The notes under the pieces are model-generated. The model saw only the letters and a list, made by a program, of their open reading frames with translations, was not told where the DNA came from and did not search any database. Positions 1 to 10,895 of a DNA stretch of 29,727 nt are shown piece by piece. The number at the start of each line of letters is the position of its first letter. The stretch's first letter is position 1. Source of the DNA: Utricularia gibba (lineage: Eukaryota; Plantae; Magnoliophyta); NCBI GenBank assembly GCA_002189035.1, contig NEEC01000171.1, forward strand, positions 1 through 29,727, in the 5' to 3' direction. Both the position numbers and the translations under genes were made by a program.

Positions 1-2963
1 CAGGGTATGGCCCCATTCCCTTGTCCACACAATCCAAAACACTTCCCTGCTCCAGCAATGCTTGAACATGATCACTAGCAGCCACAGCATCGTCTTCTCT
101 AGGCTCCACTGGTTGTTTTCCAGTGACCAGCTCCAGCATCAACACTCCGAACCCGTAGACATCACATTTTTCGGTAACCCTCAGGTTCTGGCAGGTCAGC
201 TCCGGTGCAGTGTAGCCTGGTTCCCGTGCAGCCTGTTGTTTGGAAGATGCTTATCGAACTTGGTTAGAATTCGGGCCAGTCCAAAATCTGATATCTTGGG
301 GTTAAGGTTCTCATCAAGGAGAATGTTGCTCGGCTTGATGTTGTAGTGGATGATCGGAGGCTGGAACGAGTGGTGCAGGTAAGCTAGGCCTTTCGCTGTT
401 CCGAGTATAATGTTGAACCTGCTTTGCCAACTGAGTGCTTGAGATACCATCGATTCATGGAGCTTTGTCTGCAGGTTTCCTCCCGCTGCGAATTCGGATA
501 CAACAAGCTGAAGTTGGGGAGTCCAGTAGTAACCTCTCAGAGGATTCAGGTTTGGGTGCCTAGCTTTTGAAAGAAGTTTGATTTCTCGTTCGAATTCTTC
601 TTGAAACTGTAGAGTGTAGGTTGCTGTAAGCTTCTTGATTGCAACCACTGTGCCTTGTCCCCTCCAACGGAAGCTCTGTAAACAGTTCCAAAAGCGCCTG
701 CTCCGATTTCTGCCGACTTTGTTAACACAGCTTCGAGAGTGTTGTTGAGTAGATCCAAGCTCAACTCGGAGTCGAAGAAGATGAGCCTCCCGCTCCAAAC
801 TTGTCCGACTTTGTGGAGATGGACATATTGCTGCTCCCAAATGAAGTCCCACCAAAGACATCTGCTTCCTCACAGATAGGTTCAGCAGTGATATAATCAC
901 TACTCCAACCACAATCACTGCAGCTGCTGAAATGGCGACTATGGCGGAAACCGTGAAGAATCCGGGGTGCCTAAAGCTCGTGGAACGGTCTGCGTGCTTG
1001 TTTGGGTTTCTCATTTGGTTGCCGTAGGCGAATGGATCAAGAACCAGGGGCTTTGGCACATTAAGGATGCAGGGCTCCTTAAGCAATGGTGAACAAATGC
1101 CGCGGTTCCCATCGATAGCACTGGCATCTAGTGTCTGGAAAAACCTCCAGGAGGGACGGCCGACGAGCTGATTGTTTGAAACATTGGCAATGAGGAGATT
1201 CTCCAGTTTGGCAAAATGTTGAGGTATTTCTCCTGTCAGCTGGTTCATTTCCAGCCTAAGAACCTTGAGGTCGCTCAGCCGTGACAGTGATTCAGGTATA
1301 GGACCAGATATATTGTTGTATGATAAGCTTCTGCAGAGGATAAGACAGAAGAATGAAATCATGGAGATTACTTCCATAAAAAAAGAATGGAAAAGTGCAA
1401 GATCCCAGCACGGAAGAAGTTAACTCACAGCAGATACAGGGATGAACAATTGCCTATTTCCTCAGGTATTGGTCCTGTCAATGAGTTCCCATCAAGCTGA
1501 AGGATGCTCAAGCTGCCTGACTCACATATATCACCTGGAATAGATCCAATCAAGCTGTTTCTCCTGAAATCCAACACAGTGAGATTTGGGAAGTAACCAA
1601 GCTCCGGTGGTATACTAGATTCAAGTTGGTTATAAGACAAGTTCAAATATCTCAATTTGCTGAGTATCCCCATTTCTGCTGGGATTTTCCCGCTGAGATT
1701 GTTATATGACAAGTCCAGAACTTGTAATGTGTCTGCGAGCTTGCTCGAAGCCAGAGGAATCATCCCATTCAGCTTGTTTCTTGAAAGATCCAATTCATCA
1801 AGACTCTTGTCAAACAAATTCTGCGGAATGCTACCGTTGATGCTGTTTTGACTCAACCTCAGAACTGACAAGCAACTAGTGGACTCACCCAATGAGCTGG
1901 GAATGGCTCCAGTCAGCTGGTTATTGGACAAGGACACAAATTTCAGAAGCTTCATAGAACCCATGGATGAAGGAAGAGATCCAGTCAAGGCATTGTTGGA
2001 GAAATCCATGTACTCCAATGCATTCATCTGATCAATCCATTGAGGGAAAGATCCAGTGAGACCATTGTCAGACAAACTCAGGAACTTGAGTGCTTTCATC
2101 TTTTGCAGTGATTCTGGGATTGTTCCAGTTATCAGATTCTTGCTTAAATCCACCTGATTTAGATGTGGGCACGAGGCAATATCTTCAGGCACTGAACCCG
2201 ATATCTGGTTTTCATGTAAATCCAGCACCTTCAAGTTATACATCATGGAAATGCCCCCAGGAATTGAACCAGTGAGCGCATTTGCGGAGAAATCTAGAGT
2301 TCGAATCCTCGACAGCGTCCAAAATCCATCGGAAACTTGACCAGAGAAGCGGTTACTGGACAAGTTGAGATGATTAAGAACACTGCATTGTCGCAAAGTA
2401 CTTGGAATTGGTCCTTCAATGCGGTTCCCTGCCAAAGAAAGATGCCGAAGAGAAGAACAGTTCTGGAACAAGTTATCAGGCAACGGCCCCGACAGTGAAT
2501 TCATGGAAAAATCAAGGAACTGGAGATTTGAAGCCATGGAAAGAGACAAAGGAGCTGTCCTGAGAAGCCATTGTTGCTAAGATTGAGCCTTTCGAGATTC
2601 GGCAGGAGAAGCAACTCCGGACTTATCTCGCCGGAGAAACTGTTCCCGACAGGGAAAGCGTTTTGAGAACTGTAGCTTCTCCAGGCCCCTACCGAGCTTC
2701 CCGGACAACCCGAGACCATCAAAGAGAAACCGCCGTCACACGGCGGTTAACAGCACCGCACTCTATGAATCTCCATGCGCAGGGAACTCATCCTCCGCGT
2801 TCCATGAATCCAGAGAGTTACGGGTGTCAGCGATGCCGGATTTGAAGGCAAGTAGCCCCAGAACCTCATCATTTAGAAGCCCAGTATTTTCTCCGGCGAA
2901 ACCTCCCCCAACAGAAGCAAAACACACAAGAAGAAGAAGATGGAGCATGAAAAAGTTGCCCAT
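1..2963 (-). CDS. LRR receptor-like kinase, At3g28040/IRK-type, probably a pseudokinase; 2 exons (2963-1429, 1330-<1); 3' end outside the window; multiple 1-bp frameshifts as assembled
   Basis: Signal peptide and LRRNT ([17 protein letters not shown]), many plant LRRs (LxxLxLSxNxLSGxIP), island [23 protein letters not shown] segment, then kinase motifs [22 protein letters not shown] (HRD replaced), DFGLAR, GYTAPE. Intron 1428-1331 (GTGAGT..TGCAG) joins LYLL|SLSYN in frame. Confidence 0.92.
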
Positions 2964-4030
2964 TTTCCGCAGAGACTTTTTTAGTGAAGAAGCATTAGTA
3001 CCCAGAGAAGGAGGAGAAAAAAGTTGATGGGTTGGTGTTCACGGGAAGATGAAAGACAGACAGGGGGAAGAAACCAGCTTTTGAGTGGTGCTTCTTTTAG
3101 AGATGAGATAGGAGAAGTGGCTCACCAAGGCCTTGTTCCATTGCCTCTGTTTTGCAGCATGTTCACCAGATAGTGATTAGCTTCTAACTTGTGTGTTTGC
3201 ATTATATGCTGCAGGAATCCCCATGTGCTGTCCTGTCACCTCCCTTTCTTCCGTCTTGTTCAAAGATCCTTCCTGTTTTATGAAGATCAAAACCATCAAA
3301 CACACTTCTGCCCAAGTCCTCCCTCTTGAAGGAGTGCCTGAAGACCACCAAAACCTCCCTAAAACAAGCAGGAAGAAGCCATGATCATAGGATGGTAACA
3401 TCAGACTCAGTATTTAAGAGAAACAGTTAAAAACAACGGTTTAAAAATGGAGTCACGGGTGGCCCGACCGAGCGAGCACGCCCGTGAAAAAAGCAGGACA
3501 TGTAGGGCCGGACCGGACCCGGTCCACTCTGTCTTCCGCCTCATTTCATGCCACTTGCTGATAAACTATGACTTTTTATGCGAGAAATAATTCACGCAAA
3601 ATCCAGATGTGGAAAACGGCATATACAAAACACAAAAGAGAATAATTGGGAAGAAGCCCATGTGAGCGAGCATGTTGCCTAGCCTGGGTAGGGATCTCGA
3701 GCCGGTCCCAAGTCCACAACTGTCTCCTCCCGCTTGCCGTCAACCAGACCCGAATCCAAATGTTGACATGAAACCGAAGGAGCCATCCTTCATGGACCAC
3801 GCCTGAATGTGGGTCGGAGTCAGGTGCACCGAGCTCGCTCCCATGGGCTGGCGGCGCCGACCGACTTGATGCACCTTCGGACACACAAAGGGATCACAGC
3901 AGATGGGCTGAAATCCTGTGCGAAAGTGGCTTTCGGGCACACCGGTTGCGTGTCGGACCGGGACGGAAGAGAAAGGAAGGGACTTTCGATTTCCCATATG
4001 TAGTGTTATTACAACCCAAAGTATGTCTAA

Positions 4031-4056
4031 ACACACACACACACACACACACACAC
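4031..4056. repeat. (AC)13 microsatellite
   Basis: Direct read of the sequence. Confidence 0.95.
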
Positions 4057-4627
4057 GAACTTACCCTTCCTTTTTTGGTAAGTAATTCTTTTATTGCTAA
4101 AAAATGAAATAATTATATATATATAACTATACTTGTAAAATATGAATGATATTTATTACATACAATTTTCTATAAGTTAACTATAGTTTATTCTATCAAA
4201 TATATTGATTTTTTGTACTTGTATTTATTGATATTTTATAAATTATATATTTTTTAATGATTTCAATAATAGACATAATTGATTTCAAAGGTTTGTTATT
4301 ACTTCGATTTCAAATAATCTATAATGAAATTTTTATAATTCTTTTGATTTTAACTTATATTTTTTATGTAATAATCTATAAAAGTATATTTTATTGATTT
4401 CATTTAGAATGTAACACTTGCAAAAAAAGATCATTTGCAAATTGGTGCATAATTCCAACCAACATTGGAAAAATAAAGATCAGAAACTTGTACATGTTTT
4501 ACAAAAATTGGAATAAAAAACAACACATTATTTTTTATTTCCTATGGATAGAGCATGCATATTCACATACACAAAAATAGTCCTAGAGGTAGCAAAAGGC
4601 CAAGCTGTGTAACTCCCTCAGCTTCTG

Positions 4628-7014
4628 CTACAGATTTCTGCTTCTCTTGGATCCGCAGGAGCAGCCCTCCAGGTCCTTGTTCAGCTTCTGAAAGTGCATA
4701 ACAAATCATGAGTCAGCGATGAAATGCACACGAAATCCGAAGCTTCAGCATTCTGAAATGTGTGTTCTGAAGCTGGTGGTTACCTGAACTTGAGTTTGCA
4801 GGCTTTTGATGTGCTGCACAGCTAAATCCAACATGTCTGCGTAGCTCGTTTGCTGATGCCATGGTGAGTTTGCAGCGCATTAGATTAAGTGCTGAGTAAC
4901 GCGATTGTATGAATCAGTAAAATGGGAGAACCTTGTCCATGTTGGGGACTAGATCTTGCAGCTTCTTCAGCTTCCCGCTTATTCTCGTTCTTCTCTCCTG
5001 TCGACAAAACGAACTGAATCACACACGTGTTCGTTCACAAACACCCTCATTCTTTGTTCTGTGAAACGGATACCCACCCGTTCTGCAATGCTTCGAGGAT
5101 GGGTGGCGCATCCGCGCTTGGCCCTGATCTTGCATGGAACTGAATCCAGGGGAATGTTCAGTAACTTATCCATGGAAGACATGCCCACCGTTGACGGCGA
5201 GATACAGAACTGCAGCTGCCATTACAAAACGCAGAATTTGAGCACAAAAATGAAGTGGAAAAAACGCGGGAGTATGGAGGGCGAGCAGGGTACCCGAGAT
5301 TGGGATTCCATGGAATCAAGATGCGAAGAGGTCGCCACGGAGAGGGGTTTGGCTCGCTGCTCGACGGGGAATAGGATGGGATGGGGGGCGTCGACGTGGG
5401 AGTGGTACTTGTCGCCGTGCTGCTCCGAATTCAATTGTTCGCTCCCACGATCCGACTCCTCGGAGATTCTCGACAGCGACTCCGATCGGTTGAAGCTCAG
5501 CCGCGCCGACGCGCTTCCGGCGTCGCACACAGACTTGGGGTTCCCCCTCGTCACCGGAAAACCCCTCCTCCCCCTGTAACACCAAAATTAAATGAATGTG
5601 GGCCCCATAAAGATGTTTTTAAAATAATAAAATATACGACTCCAGGTGTGGTGGTTGTCTGTCTTTATTTAAAAAGCCCAACTAGCCAACTAGGAGCGGA
5701 CCCACGGGGGCGGGGGACGGGGGCCGTCGCCCCCTAGAACTCCGCAACGGACGTCAGTCTTTTTACCCTTTTACCAGACTGTAAAAAAAAAAGTAACAGC
5801 CACCGGACAGTAAACCTCCGATCGCCGGTTCAACGGAGTCTTCCCCATTCAGCTCCACAGAACTCGAACATGTTCATGGAGCTCAAATGCAGCCGCAGAG
5901 GAGAAACACAGGAGAAGAGCAGCAGCCCACCCTCCCATCATCTCCTCCAGTTCTTGATCCCAAAAAAACACAGGCTTCTGAGGTCTGTGTTCGGAACAGG
6001 GAGGAGGAGGAGGTGGGGGAGGAGGCCCCTGTGATCCCATGTGGCCTAATATGAATAGGGTAATCGAAAACGAGACAGATCTGATGCTGTCACAGATCCA
6101 CACTAGTGACCTTGAGAATACAAGTCAAAAGCAACAGCTGTTGGGATAGCGGTATGAGGAGAAACCAATGGGCCTGGAATTATATTATATCCCTCTGCTC
6201 ACGTCACCTCCACCCACCTCCTCACCTCGTTCTGGTTTTGTCTGCTTCCTCCCTCTCTCAGTTTCTTTTGATTTGCAGGAAATAACGACAGGCCAAAAGG
6301 GAAATTCCGATTCCTCGGTGGCGGTTCATGTCTTTCAAGATACCGTACATGCATGGAATAGAAGAATTCTGGAGGAGGTAAAGGAGGTCACCGGAGAGGA
6401 CAAAGGTGATATTAAAGGCCTTTGAAATAAATAAGATTCTCTTTCATTTTTGTGGTCCTCTGTAATTGTTAGAGAAACATTAAAAAAACTGCAATTTGCA
6501 TGCAATGTATCCACCACGCCTTTTCCAGGAAACACAGAAGCTATTCCTATTCCTTGCCTCCACTAACCAAAACCAAGGCTCAGTCGTGCTTAAGCTGTCC
6601 GATTGTTAAAAGAGCAGACAGCGCAGCTCAGGCCATAGCAGTGGCTGAGAATCTTGGGTTCGGTGGAGGACAAGGGAGCGATTTAAGGAACGATAGCGAG
6701 TAGCAGGGGAGGGAGGGAGGGAGGGGTACCGTTTTTATTGGCGGAGACGGTGGCGGCGAGCTGGTTGATGAAGGCCGCGGGGAGCTGCTGTGGCGGACGA
6801 GAGAAGGGGAGAAAGAGGAAGGGGAGACGCAGAAGCCGTAGGAAGGCCTGAGTCCGATGGTGGTGTTGGCGGTAGCTTCTTCCACCATTGCAGAGGAATC
6901 ACAGGCCTCCTCCGTCGGGAAAAACCTCGCCGGTGCAAGACGGGTAGGCACGGATCCGTTGTGGGGGAGCCCGGAGGCGCCCGCGGAGGAAGACGAGGAT
7001 GAAGACTGATACAT
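4628..7014 (-). CDS. bHLH128: bHLH128/129-like (FBH clade) transcription factor; exons 7014-6730, 5573-5294, 5209-5078, 4997-4932, 4852-4784, 4687-4628; 1-2 apparent frameshifts near 6780 and 5565
   Basis: MYQSSSS start as in Arabidopsis bHLH128; LVRHSSSP(A)AFINQL after a +1 correction; GFPVTRG..RLSF..SLSRISE; DSVPCKIRAKRGCATHPRSIAER|ERRTRISGKLKKLQDLVPNMDK|QTSYADMLDLAVQHIKSLQTQVQ|KLNKDLEGCSCG. Downstream introns are GT-AG and in phase. Confidence 0.9.
5598..5705. promoter_or_regulatory. Two class I TCP-type sites (GTGGGCCC 5598-5605; GGACCCAC 5698-5705) in bHLH intron 1
   Basis: Exact matches to the GGNCCCAC consensus; function untested. Confidence 0.35.
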
Positions 7015-7576
7015 TCCAACAAAAGGGACTTACCCACACCCCAGAAACCTCAAGCACAGGCAGAAGCTGTAAAACGTTAAGGGCAAGAGGCGTGAGGTGG
7101 GACGAGGAGGAAGCAATGGAGTGATGAGGGATTTTTAAAAAGAGGGAGGTGGATGCAACTTGGCCATGAAAAGTAGAGGAGCAGTGATGGCAACACCAAT
7201 AAAAACAAAACAAAAAAACCGATGCTCATTCCATCTTTCCCCAAAACACACAACCCAACTCTAAAACTCCACTCTTCGTCTCCAAAAGCAGCCATACCCA
7301 CCCGTCTTCTCTTCTAACACATTAAGATTAATGTTAGAAGTGCCCAATTTTGGAACTCACTGCCACTACTTCGGATTGGGCTGTCTGCTTGAGATTCGGA
7401 TCGAACAACTCCCGAACGCACCTGCTATTTTTGGAAAGGTCAAGATTCCGAATCTTTTTTTTGGGAAAATATTCTCACAATAAAACCCCTAAAGCCTATG
7501 TTCAGTAATTTTTATCGTTGAGAAATAAAATCGAATTTATTAATTTATTCCTTGGTTGTTTTTAATTTCTCGAGTC

Positions 7577-7654
7577 TGGGCTTTCTTGTTACCGAAGCGT
7601 GGGCTGGGCTTGTTAGCCCAATAAGAAATCAATGGGCTGGTTAGTAATGGCCCA
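7577..7654. promoter_or_regulatory. Cluster of six site II (TGGGCY) motifs between the divergent bHLH and Myb/SANT-like genes
   Basis: TGGGCT at 7577, 7600, 7605, 7633; AGCCCA at 7615; GGCCCA at 7649. Confidence 0.6.
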
Positions 7655-7824
7655 TATGGAGTGATTAGGGCTTGATGCTTGCTAATCTGTCTTTTAATTT
7701 CTTTTTTTTAGAAAATTTCTTAAAATTGATTGAAATTTCAGATTAAATTTTTTTAAAATTTCGAAAATAACTTCTAAACTCCATAGTGAGCTATGATGCA
7801 CAAATATGGGTTCATGTATTTAGG

Positions 7825-8012
7825 GATATACGGATACGCGTAGAAGTATTCATGAAACTTATATGTGTACATATTTATAATAAAAATAAAATAATAATTA
7901 TAGAATTGAATGAATTTATTGAATAATATATATATATATATTTATTTATTTATTTATTCTTTTTAATGAAAATTTATTAAATATGTGCACATGAATGATG
8001 AATCGGTATATC
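7825..8012. repeat. Degenerate foldback (MITE-like) with a central (TA)7(TTTA)4 tract
   Basis: Nested inverted arms: 7825-7835 vs 8002-8012 (1 mismatch), 7848-7854 vs 7990-7996, 7863-7884 vs 7973-7992. Confidence 0.45.
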
Positions 8013-8595
8013 GAGTATGTAAATTTGTATAAAACAGGAGAATTAGTGTATGATAAATAGTGAGTGATTGTGTCAATGATTTTTCATGTTTTTTTCTAAT
8101 AAAAGAAAAAATATGCTAAAATTACAGTCAAGGTAGAAACTGGTTTGAGAAAGGGCTGTATTTTTTTTTTAGAATAAGAACAGGGAAGACAAAATATAAG
8201 GAAAGTGTTCCATGTTTGGGGGTGGGGGTTTTGCGTCTTTTTCTCCTTGAGGGAGATTCTTTTTCCGCGTCTGTCTTCGTCGTCGATGCCGTACTTTAGC
8301 AGCAGTGAGCCCGATAATCGAGCCGGGAAAAACGTTGGCGCCGTGGGCGGGGTAATATCCGAGGGCTGCTGAAGTCAAGGTGAGTTCATAGCGATTATCT
8401 GCCCACTCACGAACTCATCAGAAGATGGGAGTTTTTGGGTTGTTCTTCATCAGGGTTGAGTAAAGGAACTGTTGTTTACATCTTTTTACTTGCGAATTTG
8501 ATGGGGGTATTTTGAAATTGCGCGGTTCTTGTGTCTCCCTGTTGGATGAGTTGTGGGTGGTGTTGCATGTAGTTTGAGGGAAATCGGGAAAGGTG

Positions 8596-9848
8596 ATGAT
8601 GCCTCAGCCAAGAAGGAAGAAATGGGCTGAGGCGGAAGAGAGGACTCTGATTGAAAAGTACGGAGAAATGATTTGCGATGGGAGTTTGTGTAAAATGAAA
8701 ACGAGGGAGAAGAAGTACAGACCGATCGCTCTTTATGTCAATTCTGTGCACCATGCTCGTGACCCGGTGACATATCCATGGCAGTGGACTTGGAAAGATG
8801 TGTCAACAAAGGTGCAAAATATGAGGCATCAGTATGCATTAGTGAAGCAGAAGATTAAGAGGCAGGAATGTTCAGTTCGGGGATCAGCCGAGGAAGAGTA
8901 TGATTGGATGGAGGGGATAACACATTGGTCCAATTTCCTAAGATATAAGGAGGTGTTTGGAGATGTTCCTCTAGCACTTGTGGCTAGTGGTGGAGTTGCA
9001 AGGGGAGTGAATGCACTGGAGGATTTGAAGGGGGTGATCATGAGCTTGATATTCTACAGTTTGATCCGATGGTTCCAGTAGGAGAGGCGGATTTCGTAGT
9101 CGAAAACGGGGTGGTTGATGTGGGATTCAACTATGATGCCGGTTACAGTGGAGGAGGTAATAAGAGTATGGTTTCTGCAAAGGAAGGATTTGTATGTGAG
9201 GACATTGAACCGAGTCCATCAGATTTGAGGAAGAAGAAAAAGGGGTTGAAAGTATCCGAGAGGAAAACCTGGGCCTTCGTTGCGAACCAGTTAAACCATT
9301 TGAGGAAGCTGGAAATTCATCTGGAGCAACGAGATGCGGAGCGAGAGAGGGAGATGCAAAGGAGAGAAAACCATCAAATTGAGATGGAAAAAGAGCACCA
9401 AAAGAAGTTAGAAGGGATGGAAAAGGAAAGGGAAATCAGGAAGAATACCAGGGAAAAGGTGAGGAGACAGTTACTTGAGGAATGGCAAACTATAGAGAGG
9501 GAAAATGAAGAAAGAGAAAAGGGCAGAAGAGAAGAGGAAATTAAGCATGAGATAGAGTTAGAAGAGAGGCTAAAGAGGAGAAGATTAGAATGGAAGAAGA
9601 GAATGAATGAAATGGTAAGTCAGCACAGGGAAGAAATGAGCCAACTTCAGGCTAGAGTACTACATGACCAACAAACTATTGCCAATCAGTTTCTTGGACT
9701 TGTTTCTCAGTGGGCTGGTCATCCTTCTGGAATTTCTGATCACGCTGCTGCAAGTAGCCATTACTTGCCACAGAACTTGGACCATGTTCACGGAGACGCA
9801 CGGGAAGATGGTAATAACCAGGAAGATCAGTTCATCGTTGATGGGTAG
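8596..9848 (+). CDS. Myb/SANT-like (trihelix-type) DNA-binding protein with a C-terminal E/R/K coiled coil; one apparent 1-bp deletion around 9001-9026
   Basis: RRKKWAEAEERTLIEKYGEM..KTREKKYRPIA..YPWQWTWKDVSTKVQNMRHQY N-terminal domain. Adding one base joins ORF 8593-9081 to 9069-9848 (..FEGGDHELDILQFDPMVPV..). A spliceable leader intron lies at 8380-8572. Confidence 0.85.
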
Positions 9849-10895
9849 TACTTGCTGGAGGATCGTCGGTGCTACAAGTTCGTGATTGTTGGAAATTTGC
9901 AGTTTTCCCACCCGGGTGTCGGTGTCTTGTGCATATAGAAGCTGCACATTCTGTATTCTCTTAGTCATTTTTTATTGCTATGCTTGATCACAGTCTAGAT
10001 CAAATGTAATCTGTGCTTTATGTATATCCAAAATTCATCCTGAAGCTGATTCCACTGTCTTCATTTTGATGTATCCTTCTCCATCAGCGACAATAAAATG
10101 TCACATGTCACAGCACAGTTTCAGTGACCTCATTTACCCATTTCCTGTTCTGGGTCCTTCACCTACCTTCTCTACGGAATATTTCTAACCTGCAAGCTCT
10201 CCATATCCTCCTGTAACGAACGCTTGATCTGACTGCACCTGATCATGAATCTCACAACTTGAAGCCGAAGTTCTAGGGTCAACCCGCGATAGCATCAACA
10301 GAATCAAGTGCAGCATTCGTATCCGGGACAGTTGCGCTCAAACCTGAAATCTGTTTGCCAAGAAAACCACATTTTCAGTTGGATCGGCTGCCTCAGAATC
10401 AGAGCGCGCAATGGATGGAATTATGGAAGGCTGTTCAAAGTCCTTGGCAGCATTCCTCCTCTCTATGACAAACTGCTGCATTCTGCTTCTTTGGATGCTA
10501 AAGACCTGGGCCAGGTGCAGTCTCCCAATCAGCAAGTAGCCAACTTGGCCCCCTCCCCTACTTGCTGCTGCGAACTGCGAGGGATGGAAAATCGAATTTT
10601 TCTGAAAGATGTTATTTGAAGTGAAATTCGTTGATGTTGGCATTTTTTCTCGATATGCGCGAAAAGAATAAAGTATTGCATCAATTCCCATCAAATTGCA
10701 GATTGCAACATGCTCTCCGGCAGATATCCGCCGGCAGGTGGTGGTGCAACCGTCGTCGCCATTTTCAGGGTAGATGCTGAGTTTCCGATTTATAAGCGAG
10801 ACCAGAGGGTGTGGGATAATGAGAACCACCCCTGATCGCTATGACTGCTGAACTCTCTTCCCTTTGTTCTTTCTTTTCACAATTTTCATCTGACC

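Noticed and set aside
2730-2746. Perfect 7-bp hairpin CCGCCGT-CAC-ACGGCGG
   Set aside because: Short, and inside the RLK coding sequence; expected by chance.
3576-4054. Three overlapping ORFs of 64-104 aa upstream of the RLK
   Set aside because: No recognisable motifs; one starts in the (AC)n repeat. Treated as GC-rich promoter sequence.
4956-5737. Long plus-strand ORFs (207 aa, 118 aa) over the bHLH gene, and similar ORFs opposite the RLK, PAP15, LHY, KIC and NC genes
   Set aside because: Antisense shadows of real coding exons or GC-rich sequence, with no independent family signal.
7398-7430. GTTCGATCC B-box-like motif on the minus strand (tRNA/SINE?)
   Set aside because: No cloverleaf stems or convincing A-box at the right spacing.
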